Shown here: piece after piece, positions 1-8,531 of the stretch
Layout of the letters: the number at the start of each line of letters is the position of its first letter
How positions within the stretch are numbered: position 1 is the stretch's first letter
Assembly (NCBI GenBank): GCA_046703645.1
Contig: JBJKSY010000070.1
Location: 1-41,617, forward strand
Length of the DNA stretch: 41,617 bases
Reading direction: 5' to 3'
From: Cyclobacteriaceae bacterium
GTDB lineage: Bacteria; Bacteroidota; Bacteroidia; Cytophagales; Cyclobacteriaceae
Notes under the pieces: generated by a model
Databases searched by the model: none
What the model was told of the DNA's origin: nothing
What the model saw: only the letters and a program-made list of their open reading frames with translations
Translations under genes and position numbers: made by a program

Positions 1-327
1 ATCCCGGAGGATATTACGCCGATCATAAAGAAATCCTGCTGGGGCTGTCACAATTCACAATCTCATAATGAGAAAGCCAAGGGTAAACTTGCCTTTGACC
101 AGTTTGATAAAATGAAAAAAAGGGAAATCGTAGGTATTCTGGGAAAGATCAATGAAGAGGTTAAGAAGGGGAAAATGCCTCCTCCCAAGTTTCTCGAAAA
201 ATTCGAAAACGCAAAACCCACGAATGAAGAAGTCCAGAAATTATTATCCTGGACAGATAAAGACGCAGACAAGATGATGAAAAGGAAGGGACAGGACGAG
301 GATAAAAAAGAAGATAAATCCATGTAA
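1..327 (+). CDS. Haem-binding-domain protein (Haem_bd / CxxCH family), 5' end cut by the window edge
   Basis: Frame 1 is open from nt 1 through the listed ORF at 112-327. A CWGCH haem-attachment motif lies at nt 37-51. The protein is paralogous to the next ORF (EEVKKGKMPPPKF versus EEVKKHDMPPGNY). It ends in a Lys/Glu/Asp-rich tail. Confidence 0.6.
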   Translation: MPEDITPIIKKSCWGCHNSQSHNEKAKGKLAFDQFDKMKKREIVGILGKINEEVKKGKMPPPKFLEKFENAKPTNEEVQKLLSWTDKDADKMMKRKGQDEDKKEDKSM

Positions 328-333
328 TTTCCT

Positions 334-783
334 ATGAAGAAAATTATTGGCGCTGTCATTATCCTTCTGGTGGTAATCCAGTTCATAAATTCAAAATTGC
401 CGGCGACATCAGCTCCCGGTCCCAAAGACGTTGCTGTAGTTGAAAAAATGCCGAACGATGTTAAGGAACTTATGGTCAAGTCCTGTTATGACTGCCATTC
501 CATGGAAACCAAATATCCATGGTACAGCCATATAGCTCCTATGAAATGGCTGGTAAAAAGCGACATCAATGAGGGCCGTCATCATGTTAACTTTTCCAAT
601 TGGGGAGATTACTCCGATAAGGAAAAGATGAAAAAATTTGATGATATTCATGAAGAGGTTAAAAAACACGATATGCCTCCCGGAAATTATCTCCTCATGC
701 ATAAGGATGCCCGGTTATCGGACAGTGACCGTCAGAAAATAGTTTCCTGGGCGGATTCAACTGCCGATAGTTACCTGAATTAA
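334..783 (+). CDS. Haem-binding-domain protein (Haem_bd family) with an N-terminal membrane anchor or signal
   Basis: 149 aa with a hydrophobic N-terminus (IIGAVIILLVVIQF). It carries a CYDCH CxxCH motif followed by YPWYSHIAPMKWLV, which is typical of the Bacteroidota/Planctomycetota haem-binding domain. It starts 6 nt after the previous stop. Confidence 0.65.
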   Translation: MKKIIGAVIILLVVIQFINSKLPATSAPGPKDVAVVEKMPNDVKELMVKSCYDCHSMETKYPWYSHIAPMKWLVKSDINEGRHHVNFSNWGDYSDKEKMKKFDDIHEEVKKHDMPPGNYLLMHKDARLSDSDRQKIVSWADSTADSYLN

Positions 784-801
784 GTGATTTCTTTATACTG
801 G

Positions 802-828
802 AAAGCCACAAATTTTGTGGCTTTTTTT
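802..828 (+). terminator. Rho-independent terminator after the haem-binding gene pair
   Basis: AAAGCCACAAA / TTTGTGGCTTT inverted repeat followed by a T-run, about 20 nt after the stop at 783. Confidence 0.65.
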
Positions 829-968
829 ATTTTATACCTGCCAAGGTTCATATATTTATTCCTTAAATAATACTATGTTTCATATAATATATTGATCATT
901 ATTAAAGCATTATTCCTGGCAGCTTCCATTTGCCGGATTTTATTTATTCTGATCGCACACAGATATTT

Positions 969-2528
969 ATGAAAAAAATAATATTATGGATCGTTGCTCT
1001 TCTTCTATTGGTCCTGATCTCTTCAGGTTTATTTTTTTATAAGAATCTTTATAACCGTCATCCGGGATATTTATTAAAAATATCACTCAAAGATAATTAC
1101 CCCGGAACCCTGAAAGCAGGGTTCGCAGCAATTCCGATTACACCCTCAGTTCCGGACAGGTGGACAGACAGGAATCATGACGGGCAATATAATCCCAAAG
1201 ACGGGGATACTTATGAAGATCTGAATAATAACGGAATATTTGATGCAGTCTGGATGGCCGGATTCCAAAACCGCAGGCCGGCCAACGGTATTCATGATAA
1301 CCTTTGGGCCAGGACCATGGTCCTGGATAACGGGAATAAAAGGATAGCCATTGTAAGTGTAGATATTATCGGCTTCATGCATGATGATGTAATCGACGTC
1401 AGGAATAAGATCCCAAAAGACCTTCATATAACATATTCAATCATCTGTTCCACTCATACCCATGAGGGGCCTGATATGCTTGGTCTTTGGGGCAAAACTT
1501 ATCTGAAAAGCGGTGTGAACAGGGACTATATGAACTTTGTTAAGAGCAAGATCGTTGAATCCATAGTTTCGGCCACTATGTCGCTGCAACCGGCAAGTCT
1601 TATTTTCAGCCAGGATCTTAATGATGCCGACTCGCTTGTAGTTGACAGCCGGCGTCCAATTGTGAAGGATCCCGGGATCAGGGTTCTGAGAGCAATAGAC
1701 CCACAGGATCATCACACCCTGGGCACATTGGTAACCTGGGCTTGCCATCCGGAAATTTTATGGAGTCACAACCTTTTGATTACCAGTGATTTCGTTAACT
1801 ATGTCAGGCAGGGGATCGAAAACGGGATTTATGCCGGCGACAGCCTTGTGGAAAGTGGAACCGGTGGCGTTGCCGTCTACATTAACGGATGCATAGGAGG
1901 ATTAATGACTATGGACCCGGAAACTGCGGTTTATGACCCCTGGCTTCACAAGGATTTCAAAGAACCGTCTTTTGATAAGGCACGGTCACTCGGTTACCGG
2001 ATCGCTTCTATCGCCCTTCACTCAGAAACACGGGATGCCGACACAATAAATACTGCTTCTATGGCTCTTGTGGCAAGAACATTATCGTTACCTTTTAATA
2101 ATAAGTTATACCGGTTGGGAGCTGCCCTGGGTGTGATCGACAGAGGGATCAACGGCTGGTGGACAGTGCAATCGGAAGTAGCCGCGCTAAGGATCGGGCC
2201 TGCGACTTTTTTAACCATGCCCGGCGAAATGTATCCTGAAATTGTCAACGGGGGAATCGTGAATCCCACGGGAGCCGATTACTCTATTTCACCTATCGAG
2301 GTCCCTCCCATCCGATCCCTCATTTCATCAAAATATAAATTCGTTTTCGGATTGTCGAACGACGAAATCGGTTATATAATCCCTCAGAGCGAATGGGATG
2401 TAAAACCACCTTACCTCTATTCAGCCAAAGAATCACCTTATGGTGAAATTAATTCACTGGGACCCCAAACCGGCCCTTTGGTCTATACTGCACTGGCTGA
2501 TGTGATCAGGCAGCTACAGCAGCCCTGA
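969..2528 (+). CDS. Neutral/alkaline non-lysosomal ceramidase-like hydrolase, membrane anchored
   Basis: The ORF track starts at a TTG (930). The ATG at 969 gives MKKIILWIVALLLLVLISSGLFF, an N-terminal TM anchor. The CSTHTHEGPD motif resembles the THTHxGP zinc site of neutral ceramidases. Length is about 520 aa. Confidence 0.5.
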   Translation: MKKIILWIVALLLLVLISSGLFFYKNLYNRHPGYLLKISLKDNYPGTLKAGFAAIPITPSVPDRWTDRNHDGQYNPKDGDTYEDLNNNGIFDAVWMAGFQNRRPANGIHDNLWARTMVLDNGNKRIAIVSVDIIGFMHDDVIDVRNKIPKDLHITYSIICSTHTHEGPDMLGLWGKTYLKSGVNRDYMNFVKSKIVESIVSATMSLQPASLIFSQDLNDADSLVVDSRRPIVKDPGIRVLRAIDPQDHHTLGTLVTWACHPEILWSHNLLITSDFVNYVRQGIENGIYAGDSLVESGTGGVAVYINGCIGGLMTMDPETAVYDPWLHKDFKEPSFDKARSLGYRIASIALHSETRDADTINTASMALVARTLSLPFNNKLYRLGAALGVIDRGINGWWTVQSEVAALRIGPATFLTMPGEMYPEIVNGGIVNPTGADYSISPIEVPPIRSLISSKYKFVFGLSNDEIGYIIPQSEWDVKPPYLYSAKESPYGEINSLGPQTGPLVYTALADVIRQLQQP

Positions 2529-2609
2529 TCTTTCCTTCCCGGTAGTAATTGCAGAATAGGTTTAATAACTTTACCCTGTATACGTTCATTCATCGATAAT
2601 TTTTTTGAT

Positions 2610-3866
2610 ATGATATCGCGAGAGAAAGTAAAAAATGTTCTTGATCACAAAGCTATAGACGGAATAGCTGTTGATTTTGGAGGCACCCCTGTCACAGGAA
2701 TTCATGTCCTGGCTATAGAACGGCTAAGGGATTATTATGGACTGGAAAAAAGACCGGTCAGGGTAACTGAACCGTACCAGATGCTGGGAAAGATCGAAGA
2801 AGATCTTGCCGAAATCATGGGAATAGATATTGCAGGCATAAACCCAAGGAATGATATGTTCGGCATTCCTGATGATGGAAAATATAAAGAATTCCGGACC
2901 TTCTGGAACCAGGTAGTTCTTATACCTGAAAAATTTAACACCCGTCTGGATCCCCATGGCGACCTGCTGGTATTTCCTGAAGGCGATACCTCCGTCAGGC
3001 CCAGCGGTAAAATGCCGAAGACCGGGTATTTTTTCGACGCAGTAATCAGGCAGGAACCCATCGAGGAAGACAAACTGAACCCGGAAGATAACACGGAAGA
3101 GTTTGGACTTATTACCGATAGTGATCTGGATTATTGGAAAAGGGAAATAAATAAAGTAAGTAACTCCGGGAAAGCGGTTGTTGCCAACTTCGGAGGAACG
3201 GGACTGGGAGATATAGCGCTGGTTCCCGGGTTAAACCTGAAGCGACCCAAAGGTATCAGGGATGTTGCCGAATGGTATATGTCGGTGATCATTCGCCCTG
3301 AATATATACATGCCATTTTCAATGAACAAACAGAAGTGGCCCTCATGAATCTTGAAAAAATCTATAAGGTTGTGGGCGACAATGTTGATGTAGCTTATAT
3401 CTGCGGAACTGATTTCGGCACACAGGATTCACAGTTTTGTTCCCTTGAAACCCTTCATGAATTATTCATCCCCTATTATAAGACTATAAACAGGTGGATA
3501 CATGAACATACTACCTGGAAGACCTTTAAACACTCCTGTGGCTCGGTCGAGCCTTTTCTTGACAGTTTTATCGATGCCGGTTTTGATATTCTGAACCCGG
3601 TACAGATAAATGCCAAAGGAATGGATCCCGTTCACCTGAAAAAAACATATGGTGACAGGATCGTCTTTTGGGGTGGTGGCATCGACACACAGGTAACTCT
3701 CCCTTTCGGGACACCTGCAGATGTTACAGTCCAGGTAAAAAATAATTGCCGCATATTTTCCGAAAATGGAGGATTCATATTTAATACCGTCCACAATATA
3801 CAGGCTAATGTTCCTGTTGAGAATATAGTGGCCATGATCAATGCCCTCCAGGAATTTAAAAACTGA
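2610..3866 (+). CDS. Uroporphyrinogen-decarboxylase (URO-D) family protein, long MtaA/CmuA-like form
   Basis: 418 aa with URO-D-like TIM-barrel sequence features. It has a KHSCGS (HxCG) zinc-type motif and a C-terminal GGFIFNTVHNIQ strand at the position of the MtaA GC motif. It is about 85 aa longer than the MtaA-like paralogue at 4950. Confidence 0.6.
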   Translation: MISREKVKNVLDHKAIDGIAVDFGGTPVTGIHVLAIERLRDYYGLEKRPVRVTEPYQMLGKIEEDLAEIMGIDIAGINPRNDMFGIPDDGKYKEFRTFWNQVVLIPEKFNTRLDPHGDLLVFPEGDTSVRPSGKMPKTGYFFDAVIRQEPIEEDKLNPEDNTEEFGLITDSDLDYWKREINKVSNSGKAVVANFGGTGLGDIALVPGLNLKRPKGIRDVAEWYMSVIIRPEYIHAIFNEQTEVALMNLEKIYKVVGDNVDVAYICGTDFGTQDSQFCSLETLHELFIPYYKTINRWIHEHTTWKTFKHSCGSVEPFLDSFIDAGFDILNPVQINAKGMDPVHLKKTYGDRIVFWGGGIDTQVTLPFGTPADVTVQVKNNCRIFSENGGFIFNTVHNIQANVPVENIVAMINALQEFKN

Positions 3867-3869
3867 AAT

Positions 3870-4775
3870 ATGAAAAAGCTTTCCCGATCCTCCATTATCC
3901 TCGAAGGGAATATTACACCGGTAAACGCCAATTACTACATGGAAAAAGGATTCCTGGTGGCCGACTCCCTGTTTCACCCGAGAGAACTCCAGGAAATTGC
4001 CGACGAAGCAACAACCATATTAAGAGGCGGGCGTGGCAAGGTGGAAGGGATCAGGAAAATTTCAGAAAAGGCTGATGATCTTTCCGTGATCGGGCAATAC
4101 AATGCCATTCATTTTCCGCATAAAATCTCCCCGCTTATTCTGAAATATATTAAACATCCCAGAGTTGTGAGAATCCTTAAAACCCTGATAAGCCCTAACA
4201 TCAAATGCATGCAAAGCATGTTTTTTGTCAAGGGACCCGGAAAACCGGGCCAGTCGTGGCACCAGGATGAATATTATATACCTACCCGTGACAGGTCTCT
4301 TATCGGAGCATGGATTGCCATTGACGATGCTGACATCGATAATGGTTGCCTTTGGGTCATTCCGGGATCCCACAGGGATGGAATTATCCGGCGGATTCTC
4401 CCCATGGAAAATAAGGAATACCGTGAACAATTTTCCTGTGAGTTATCTCCTTTTATCGAAGAAGATGCAATACCGGTTCAGGTGGAAAAAGGAAGCGTAG
4501 TTTTTTTCAACGGATACCTCTTTCACCGTTCTTTGCGCAACAAGACTGAAGATCGCTTCCGCAGGGCGCTTGTTTCACATTACATGAGTGCGGAATCCAT
4601 GCTGCCCTGGAACTGGGATGGAAGGATCGAATTAAAAGATGACATGAGGGAAATTCTCATGGTCAGCGGCAGGGACCCCTACGCCTATAAGGGAATCGAT
4701 AATATAACATATCCTTATCTCAGGGGTGAGTCTAAAAGCTTTGATGAACAGCAAAAGTCCGTCAGGAAAAAATGA
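3870..4775 (+). CDS. Phytanoyl-CoA dioxygenase (PhyH) family Fe(II)/2-oxoglutarate dioxygenase
   Basis: GQSWHQDEYY supplies the HxD iron ligands. GSVVFFNGYLFHRSLRN supplies the distal His and 2OG-binding Arg. It starts 3 nt after the upstream stop. Confidence 0.75.
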   Translation: MKKLSRSSIILEGNITPVNANYYMEKGFLVADSLFHPRELQEIADEATTILRGGRGKVEGIRKISEKADDLSVIGQYNAIHFPHKISPLILKYIKHPRVVRILKTLISPNIKCMQSMFFVKGPGKPGQSWHQDEYYIPTRDRSLIGAWIAIDDADIDNGCLWVIPGSHRDGIIRRILPMENKEYREQFSCELSPFIEEDAIPVQVEKGSVVFFNGYLFHRSLRNKTEDRFRRALVSHYMSAESMLPWNWDGRIELKDDMREILMVSGRDPYAYKGIDNITYPYLRGESKSFDEQQKSVRKK

Positions 4776-4949
4776 ATACAGGAAAAACCAGGAAATTGAA
4801 GATCTCAATATGCGGCATAAAGATTTTTAACGGGTTTGCTGAAATTGGTTAATATGGGCCACAGATCTGCAAATCCTGAGTAGTATCATGTTTTTTTAAT
4901 GACTAATTTTTAATATTTAAAACCGCAATATATCCCGGCTGGGATTTTT

Positions 4950-5948
4950 ATGAATAAAAAGCAAAAATTCAATCATTTGCTGAATGGGGAACGGCTGCAT
5001 GAATTCGTTTTTTTCAGGCCGATCCTTATGCATTTTGCTGCGCGTTTCAATCATAAGACCTACAGGGAATTTGCTACGGATTACAAGATTTTAGTAGACA
5101 GCAATATAAGGGCGATGGAATATTTTGACACAGACATGGTAAGTCTCATATCCGACCCCTACCGCGAAACTTCCGCTTTTGGCGCCAGTATCCGGTTTCC
5201 CAAAGAGGCTGTTCCCATCTGCGAGGCTCCCCTGATCCGGAAAATGCAGGATGTGGAGGATCTGAAAATTCCTGATGTTTATTCGAATGAAAGAACCCTG
5301 GACCGTATCAAAGCCGCCAGGGAATATGACCGTTTATTAAAAGGCAGCATACCGGTCAGTGGCTGGGTTGAAGGCCCCCTTGCTGAAGCCTGCGATCTGG
5401 CCGGCGTAAACGATATGCTGACAAACCTCCTGACAGATCCTGATTTTTCGAACAGGCTTCTTGATAAATGCATGATTACTGCCATGGATTTCTCAAGGGC
5501 CCAGATATTGGAAGGATGTGATCTTATCGGTATCGGCGACTCAATCTGCAGCCAGGTGGATAAAGACACCTACGACCTGTATGTGAAGGACCGACATATT
5601 CAGCTCATTGATTTTATCCACCGGAACGGTGCAGCCGTCAAGCTGCATATATGCGGTAATATTACACACCTGCTCCCGTCACTGTCGGAGCTGGGTTCCG
5701 ACATTATTGACCTGGACTGGAATGTAGACATGGAATATGCTTACCAGGTGCTTGGACCGGAAATTGTCAGGGGAGGAAATATCAATCCCGTGGAATTACA
5801 ATATGCCACATCAGAAAGGATCTCTTCCATGACATCTTCCCTGCTTGAAAAGGAAAGCGGCCGTAAATACCTGCTCGCCGCCGGATGTGAAATTACGGTC
5901 AATACTCCCTATGAGAATTTAATGGCTATGAGAAAACCAATGAAATAA
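4950..5948 (+). CDS. MtaA/MtbA-like methylcobamide methyltransferase (URO-D family, zinc dependent)
   Basis: 332 aa. The HxC...C zinc motif is complete: H233-I-C235-G in KLHICGN and C313 in LLAAGCEI. This spacing matches the HxCx(n)C motif described for methanogen MtaA. The N-terminus is of the LNGE type typical of the family. Confidence 0.7.
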   Translation: MNKKQKFNHLLNGERLHEFVFFRPILMHFAARFNHKTYREFATDYKILVDSNIRAMEYFDTDMVSLISDPYRETSAFGASIRFPKEAVPICEAPLIRKMQDVEDLKIPDVYSNERTLDRIKAAREYDRLLKGSIPVSGWVEGPLAEACDLAGVNDMLTNLLTDPDFSNRLLDKCMITAMDFSRAQILEGCDLIGIGDSICSQVDKDTYDLYVKDRHIQLIDFIHRNGAAVKLHICGNITHLLPSLSELGSDIIDLDWNVDMEYAYQVLGPEIVRGGNINPVELQYATSERISSMTSSLLEKESGRKYLLAAGCEITVNTPYENLMAMRKPMK

Positions 5949-5958
5949 ATTTTTTACT

Positions 5959-6627
5959 ATGAACGAACTGCTGGAAAAAATTGCACATTGCGTTGAATTC
6001 GGGAAAGTCAATAAAACTTCCCCCTATCCTCCTGACATGAAAGGCCAGGAAGGTGCAGATGAACTTACCAAACAAGCACTAGAGGCAAATATTGCAGCCG
6101 ACGATATCCTTAAAAAAGCCCTCGTCCCTGCAATGGAAAAAGTTGGAATAAAATTCAGGGAGAATAAGATTTTTGTACCCCAGGTACTGATGTCCGCCAA
6201 AGCAATGAATACTTCTATAACTCACCTGAAGCCGTTTTTCCAGAGTGGAGAAGTAAAAAGAAAAGGAACTTTTATCATCGGGACTGTCGCCGGAGACCTT
6301 CATGATATTGGGAAAAACCTGGTTGCCATGATGGTGGAAGGCAATGGTTTTGAAGTAGTAGATCTGGGTACTGATGTAGGCGCCGAACAATTCCTGAAAG
6401 CAATAAATGATCACCCGGGAAGCTTTATGGGAATATCCGCCTTGCTGACCACTACCATGGTCAACATGGAAGGAATTGTAAGGGAAGTGAAAGGAAACTT
6501 TCCTGAAACAAGAATTGCCATTGGAGGCGCACCTGTAAATGAAGATTTCAGAAAAAGAATAGGTGCTGATTTTTATGCGCCTGATCCCCAGGGTATCGTC
6601 GAATATCTGAACGCCCAGGCTGGTTGA
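5959..6627 (+). CDS. Corrinoid (cobalamin-binding) protein, MtaC/MtbC/MetH-B12-domain type
   Basis: An N-terminal helical cap is followed by a Rossmann B12-binding domain. The DxHxxG motif is GDLHDIGKN (nt ~6295-6312), with a downstream SALLTTT motif. Length is 222 aa. Confidence 0.85.
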   Translation: MNELLEKIAHCVEFGKVNKTSPYPPDMKGQEGADELTKQALEANIAADDILKKALVPAMEKVGIKFRENKIFVPQVLMSAKAMNTSITHLKPFFQSGEVKRKGTFIIGTVAGDLHDIGKNLVAMMVEGNGFEVVDLGTDVGAEQFLKAINDHPGSFMGISALLTTTMVNMEGIVREVKGNFPETRIAIGGAPVNEDFRKRIGADFYAPDPQGIVEYLNAQAG

Positions 6628-6693
6628 CATTCTTCTAATAAGAAATATTGAAAAAGGCTTTTTCAACTTTTCATAAAATTTAATCTTATTGTA

Positions 6694-7599
6694 ATGGCAA
6701 GTATTCTCAAGGCACTGCAGGCAAAAAAAATATTAATCTCCGATGGAGCCTGGGGCACTTTTTTTCAGTTAAAGGGTTTAAAGCCCGGCGAGTGTCCTGA
6801 ATTATGGAACATTGAACATCCTGATGAAGTCCTCGACATTGCCAGAAGTTATATCCTTGCCGGATCCGATATCATAGAAACCAACAGTTTCGGGGGATCT
6901 TCCATTAAACTGGAGGGTTACGGCTTGAAAGAAAGGGCTTTTGAAATCAATAAGGCGGCAGCATCCATTTCCAGGAAAGCAGCAGGCAGGGAACATCTTG
7001 TTCTCGGTTCCATTGGGCCAACGGGCAAGCTTCTGATGATGGAAGAAATATCCGAGGCTCAGTTGTATGAATCAATCAGGGAACAGGCCCTGGCCCTTGA
7101 AGATGGTGGTGCCGATGCATTGGTTGTTGAAACCATGACCGACCTGCAGGAAGCTCTTATTGCAGTCAGGGCTGCCCGGGAAAATACAGGTCTTGAGGTA
7201 GCCTGCACAATGACTTTCGACAAAACGGTTTCAGGTGAATTCCGCACCATGATGGGTGTAAGCCCGGCAGAAATGACTCAGGCACTTGTTGAAGCGGGTG
7301 TAAACATGCTGGGCACCAATTGCGGCCATGGAATGAAAGATATGGAAGGGATCGTAAAGGAGATCAGAAAAGTCGATGAAAAAATTCCCGTCCTTGTTCA
7401 TGCCAATGCCGGGATCCCGGTATACCATGAGGGTAAAACCCTTTACCCGGAAAGTCCGGAAATAATGGCGGGCTATATAAACCCGCTAATTACAGCAGGC
7501 GCAAATATCGTGGGCGGATGTTGCGGTACCACACCGGAGCATATTCACAAAATCAAAGAAGTAGTTTATAAACGCAAGAGCAATAATCCCAATGGCTGA
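6694..7599 (+). CDS. Homocysteine S-methyltransferase domain protein (MetH N-terminal module type)
   Basis: ILISDGAWGT at the N-terminus, ETNSFGGS, a zinc-ligand Cys in GTNCGHG, and the GGCCGTTPEHI Cys pair. Length is 301 aa. Confidence 0.85.
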   Translation: MASILKALQAKKILISDGAWGTFFQLKGLKPGECPELWNIEHPDEVLDIARSYILAGSDIIETNSFGGSSIKLEGYGLKERAFEINKAAASISRKAAGREHLVLGSIGPTGKLLMMEEISEAQLYESIREQALALEDGGADALVVETMTDLQEALIAVRAARENTGLEVACTMTFDKTVSGEFRTMMGVSPAEMTQALVEAGVNMLGTNCGHGMKDMEGIVKEIRKVDEKIPVLVHANAGIPVYHEGKTLYPESPEIMAGYINPLITAGANIVGGCCGTTPEHIHKIKEVVYKRKSNNPNG

Positions 7600-8530
7600 T
7601 AAATCGTATATTCCGGTTGTGATAATCACCGGATTTCTGGGAAGCGGGAAAACGACACTGATCAGGAGAGTGATTGAAGGTTATGCCACCAGGTACAGGG
7701 TTGGAGTAATTATAAATGAATTTGCTCCCGCCGGAGTAGACGGGATAACATTAAAGGAAATACCACAGAAATTCATACTGAAGGAAATCAATAATGGAAG
7801 CATTAGCTGCATGTGCCGTCAGGAGGATCTCGTAGAGGCGCTGACCAGGATGATAAATGACCACGACCCTGACCTTATACTGATAGAAACTTCCGGCCTG
7901 TCCGATCCCCTGGGTGTTATCGAATATTTCAGCCAGGAAAACCTTAAAGGAAAAGCGTACCCTGCCTATACCTACTGCCTCATTGATGCAGCCAATTTTT
8001 CAAGGGTATCGGAAATTTCAGATATATCACTTCACCAGATCCTGGCAGCCGATGAACTCATCATCAACAAATCGGATCTTTCCAATCCTGGCTCCCTGGA
8101 GGAATTATCGGAAGAATTAAAAAAGATCAACCCGATGGCCGGTATTACAATAACAGATCATGCCGATGCTGACCTGGCTATGGGTTTATCCTGTGCGGAA
8201 AATAAGGGACCTGTCGCAAAATATGACAAGCTCCCTGCCGATCCCGACCACCTCTGCCCTGCCCTTCAGGTAGGTGTGATCAGGACCGCCAGGGAAATTT
8301 CCCCTGAAAAAGCCTATGATTTCCTGAATGAGTTCCTTCCGGTCACCCTTCGAATAAAAGGATACCTGAAGCTGAACAACGGGCACTCAATGGCTGTGCA
8401 GGCAGTATATGATAACCTTGTATCTGAAGAATTGTCCTACAACGAAAACTCTTCAGTCCTGGTTGCTATAGGAAATGATTTCAATATCAGGGATTTTAAT
8501 GAAAGATTCCGTGAATATTGCGAAGCCTGA
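7592..8530 (+). CDS. CobW/HypB/UreG-class G3E family GTPase (COG0523-like)
   Basis: P-loop GFLGSGKTTL, Walker B LIETSGLSDP, and NKSD specificity motif. The C-terminal region is CobW_C-like. The start overlaps the upstream stop by 8 nt (ATGGCTGA). Confidence 0.85.
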   Translation: MADKSYIPVVIITGFLGSGKTTLIRRVIEGYATRYRVGVIINEFAPAGVDGITLKEIPQKFILKEINNGSISCMCRQEDLVEALTRMINDHDPDLILIETSGLSDPLGVIEYFSQENLKGKAYPAYTYCLIDAANFSRVSEISDISLHQILAADELIINKSDLSNPGSLEELSEELKKINPMAGITITDHADADLAMGLSCAENKGPVAKYDKLPADPDHLCPALQVGVIRTAREISPEKAYDFLNEFLPVTLRIKGYLKLNNGHSMAVQAVYDNLVSEELSYNENSSVLVAIGNDFNIRDFNERFREYCEA

Positions 8531-8531
8531 T

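Noticed and set aside
930-968. Upstream TTG start given in the ORF track for the ceramidase-like gene. The same type of issue occurs at 8475, 16327, 17407, 26786, 32002, 34090 and 15077.
   Set aside because: In each case a downstream ATG gives a clean signal peptide, lipobox or anchor, or removes an overlap with the preceding gene. I shortened the models accordingly. The true starts remain unverified.
4776-4949. Possible cobalamin (or SAM/THF) riboswitch in the 174-nt leader of the corrinoid operon. I noticed GCCACAG, which resembles the GCCACUG core.
   Set aside because: The other conserved cobalamin-riboswitch elements (GGGAA, GGUG-AA-UCC in the right order, paired stems) are not evident. 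One near-match heptamer is not enough. A covariance-model scan (Rfam RF00174) would settle it.
6079-6666. 195-aa ORF antisense to the corrinoid protein gene. Similar antisense or off-frame ORFs occur at 3462-3977, 2735-3094, 4062-4430, 32378-32686, 32879-33265 and 38381-38728.
   Set aside because: Each lies fully inside a confidently assigned gene on the other strand or frame. They have no recognisable motifs and show odd composition (rich in Ser, Phe, Ile, Gly). They are typical shadow ORFs.
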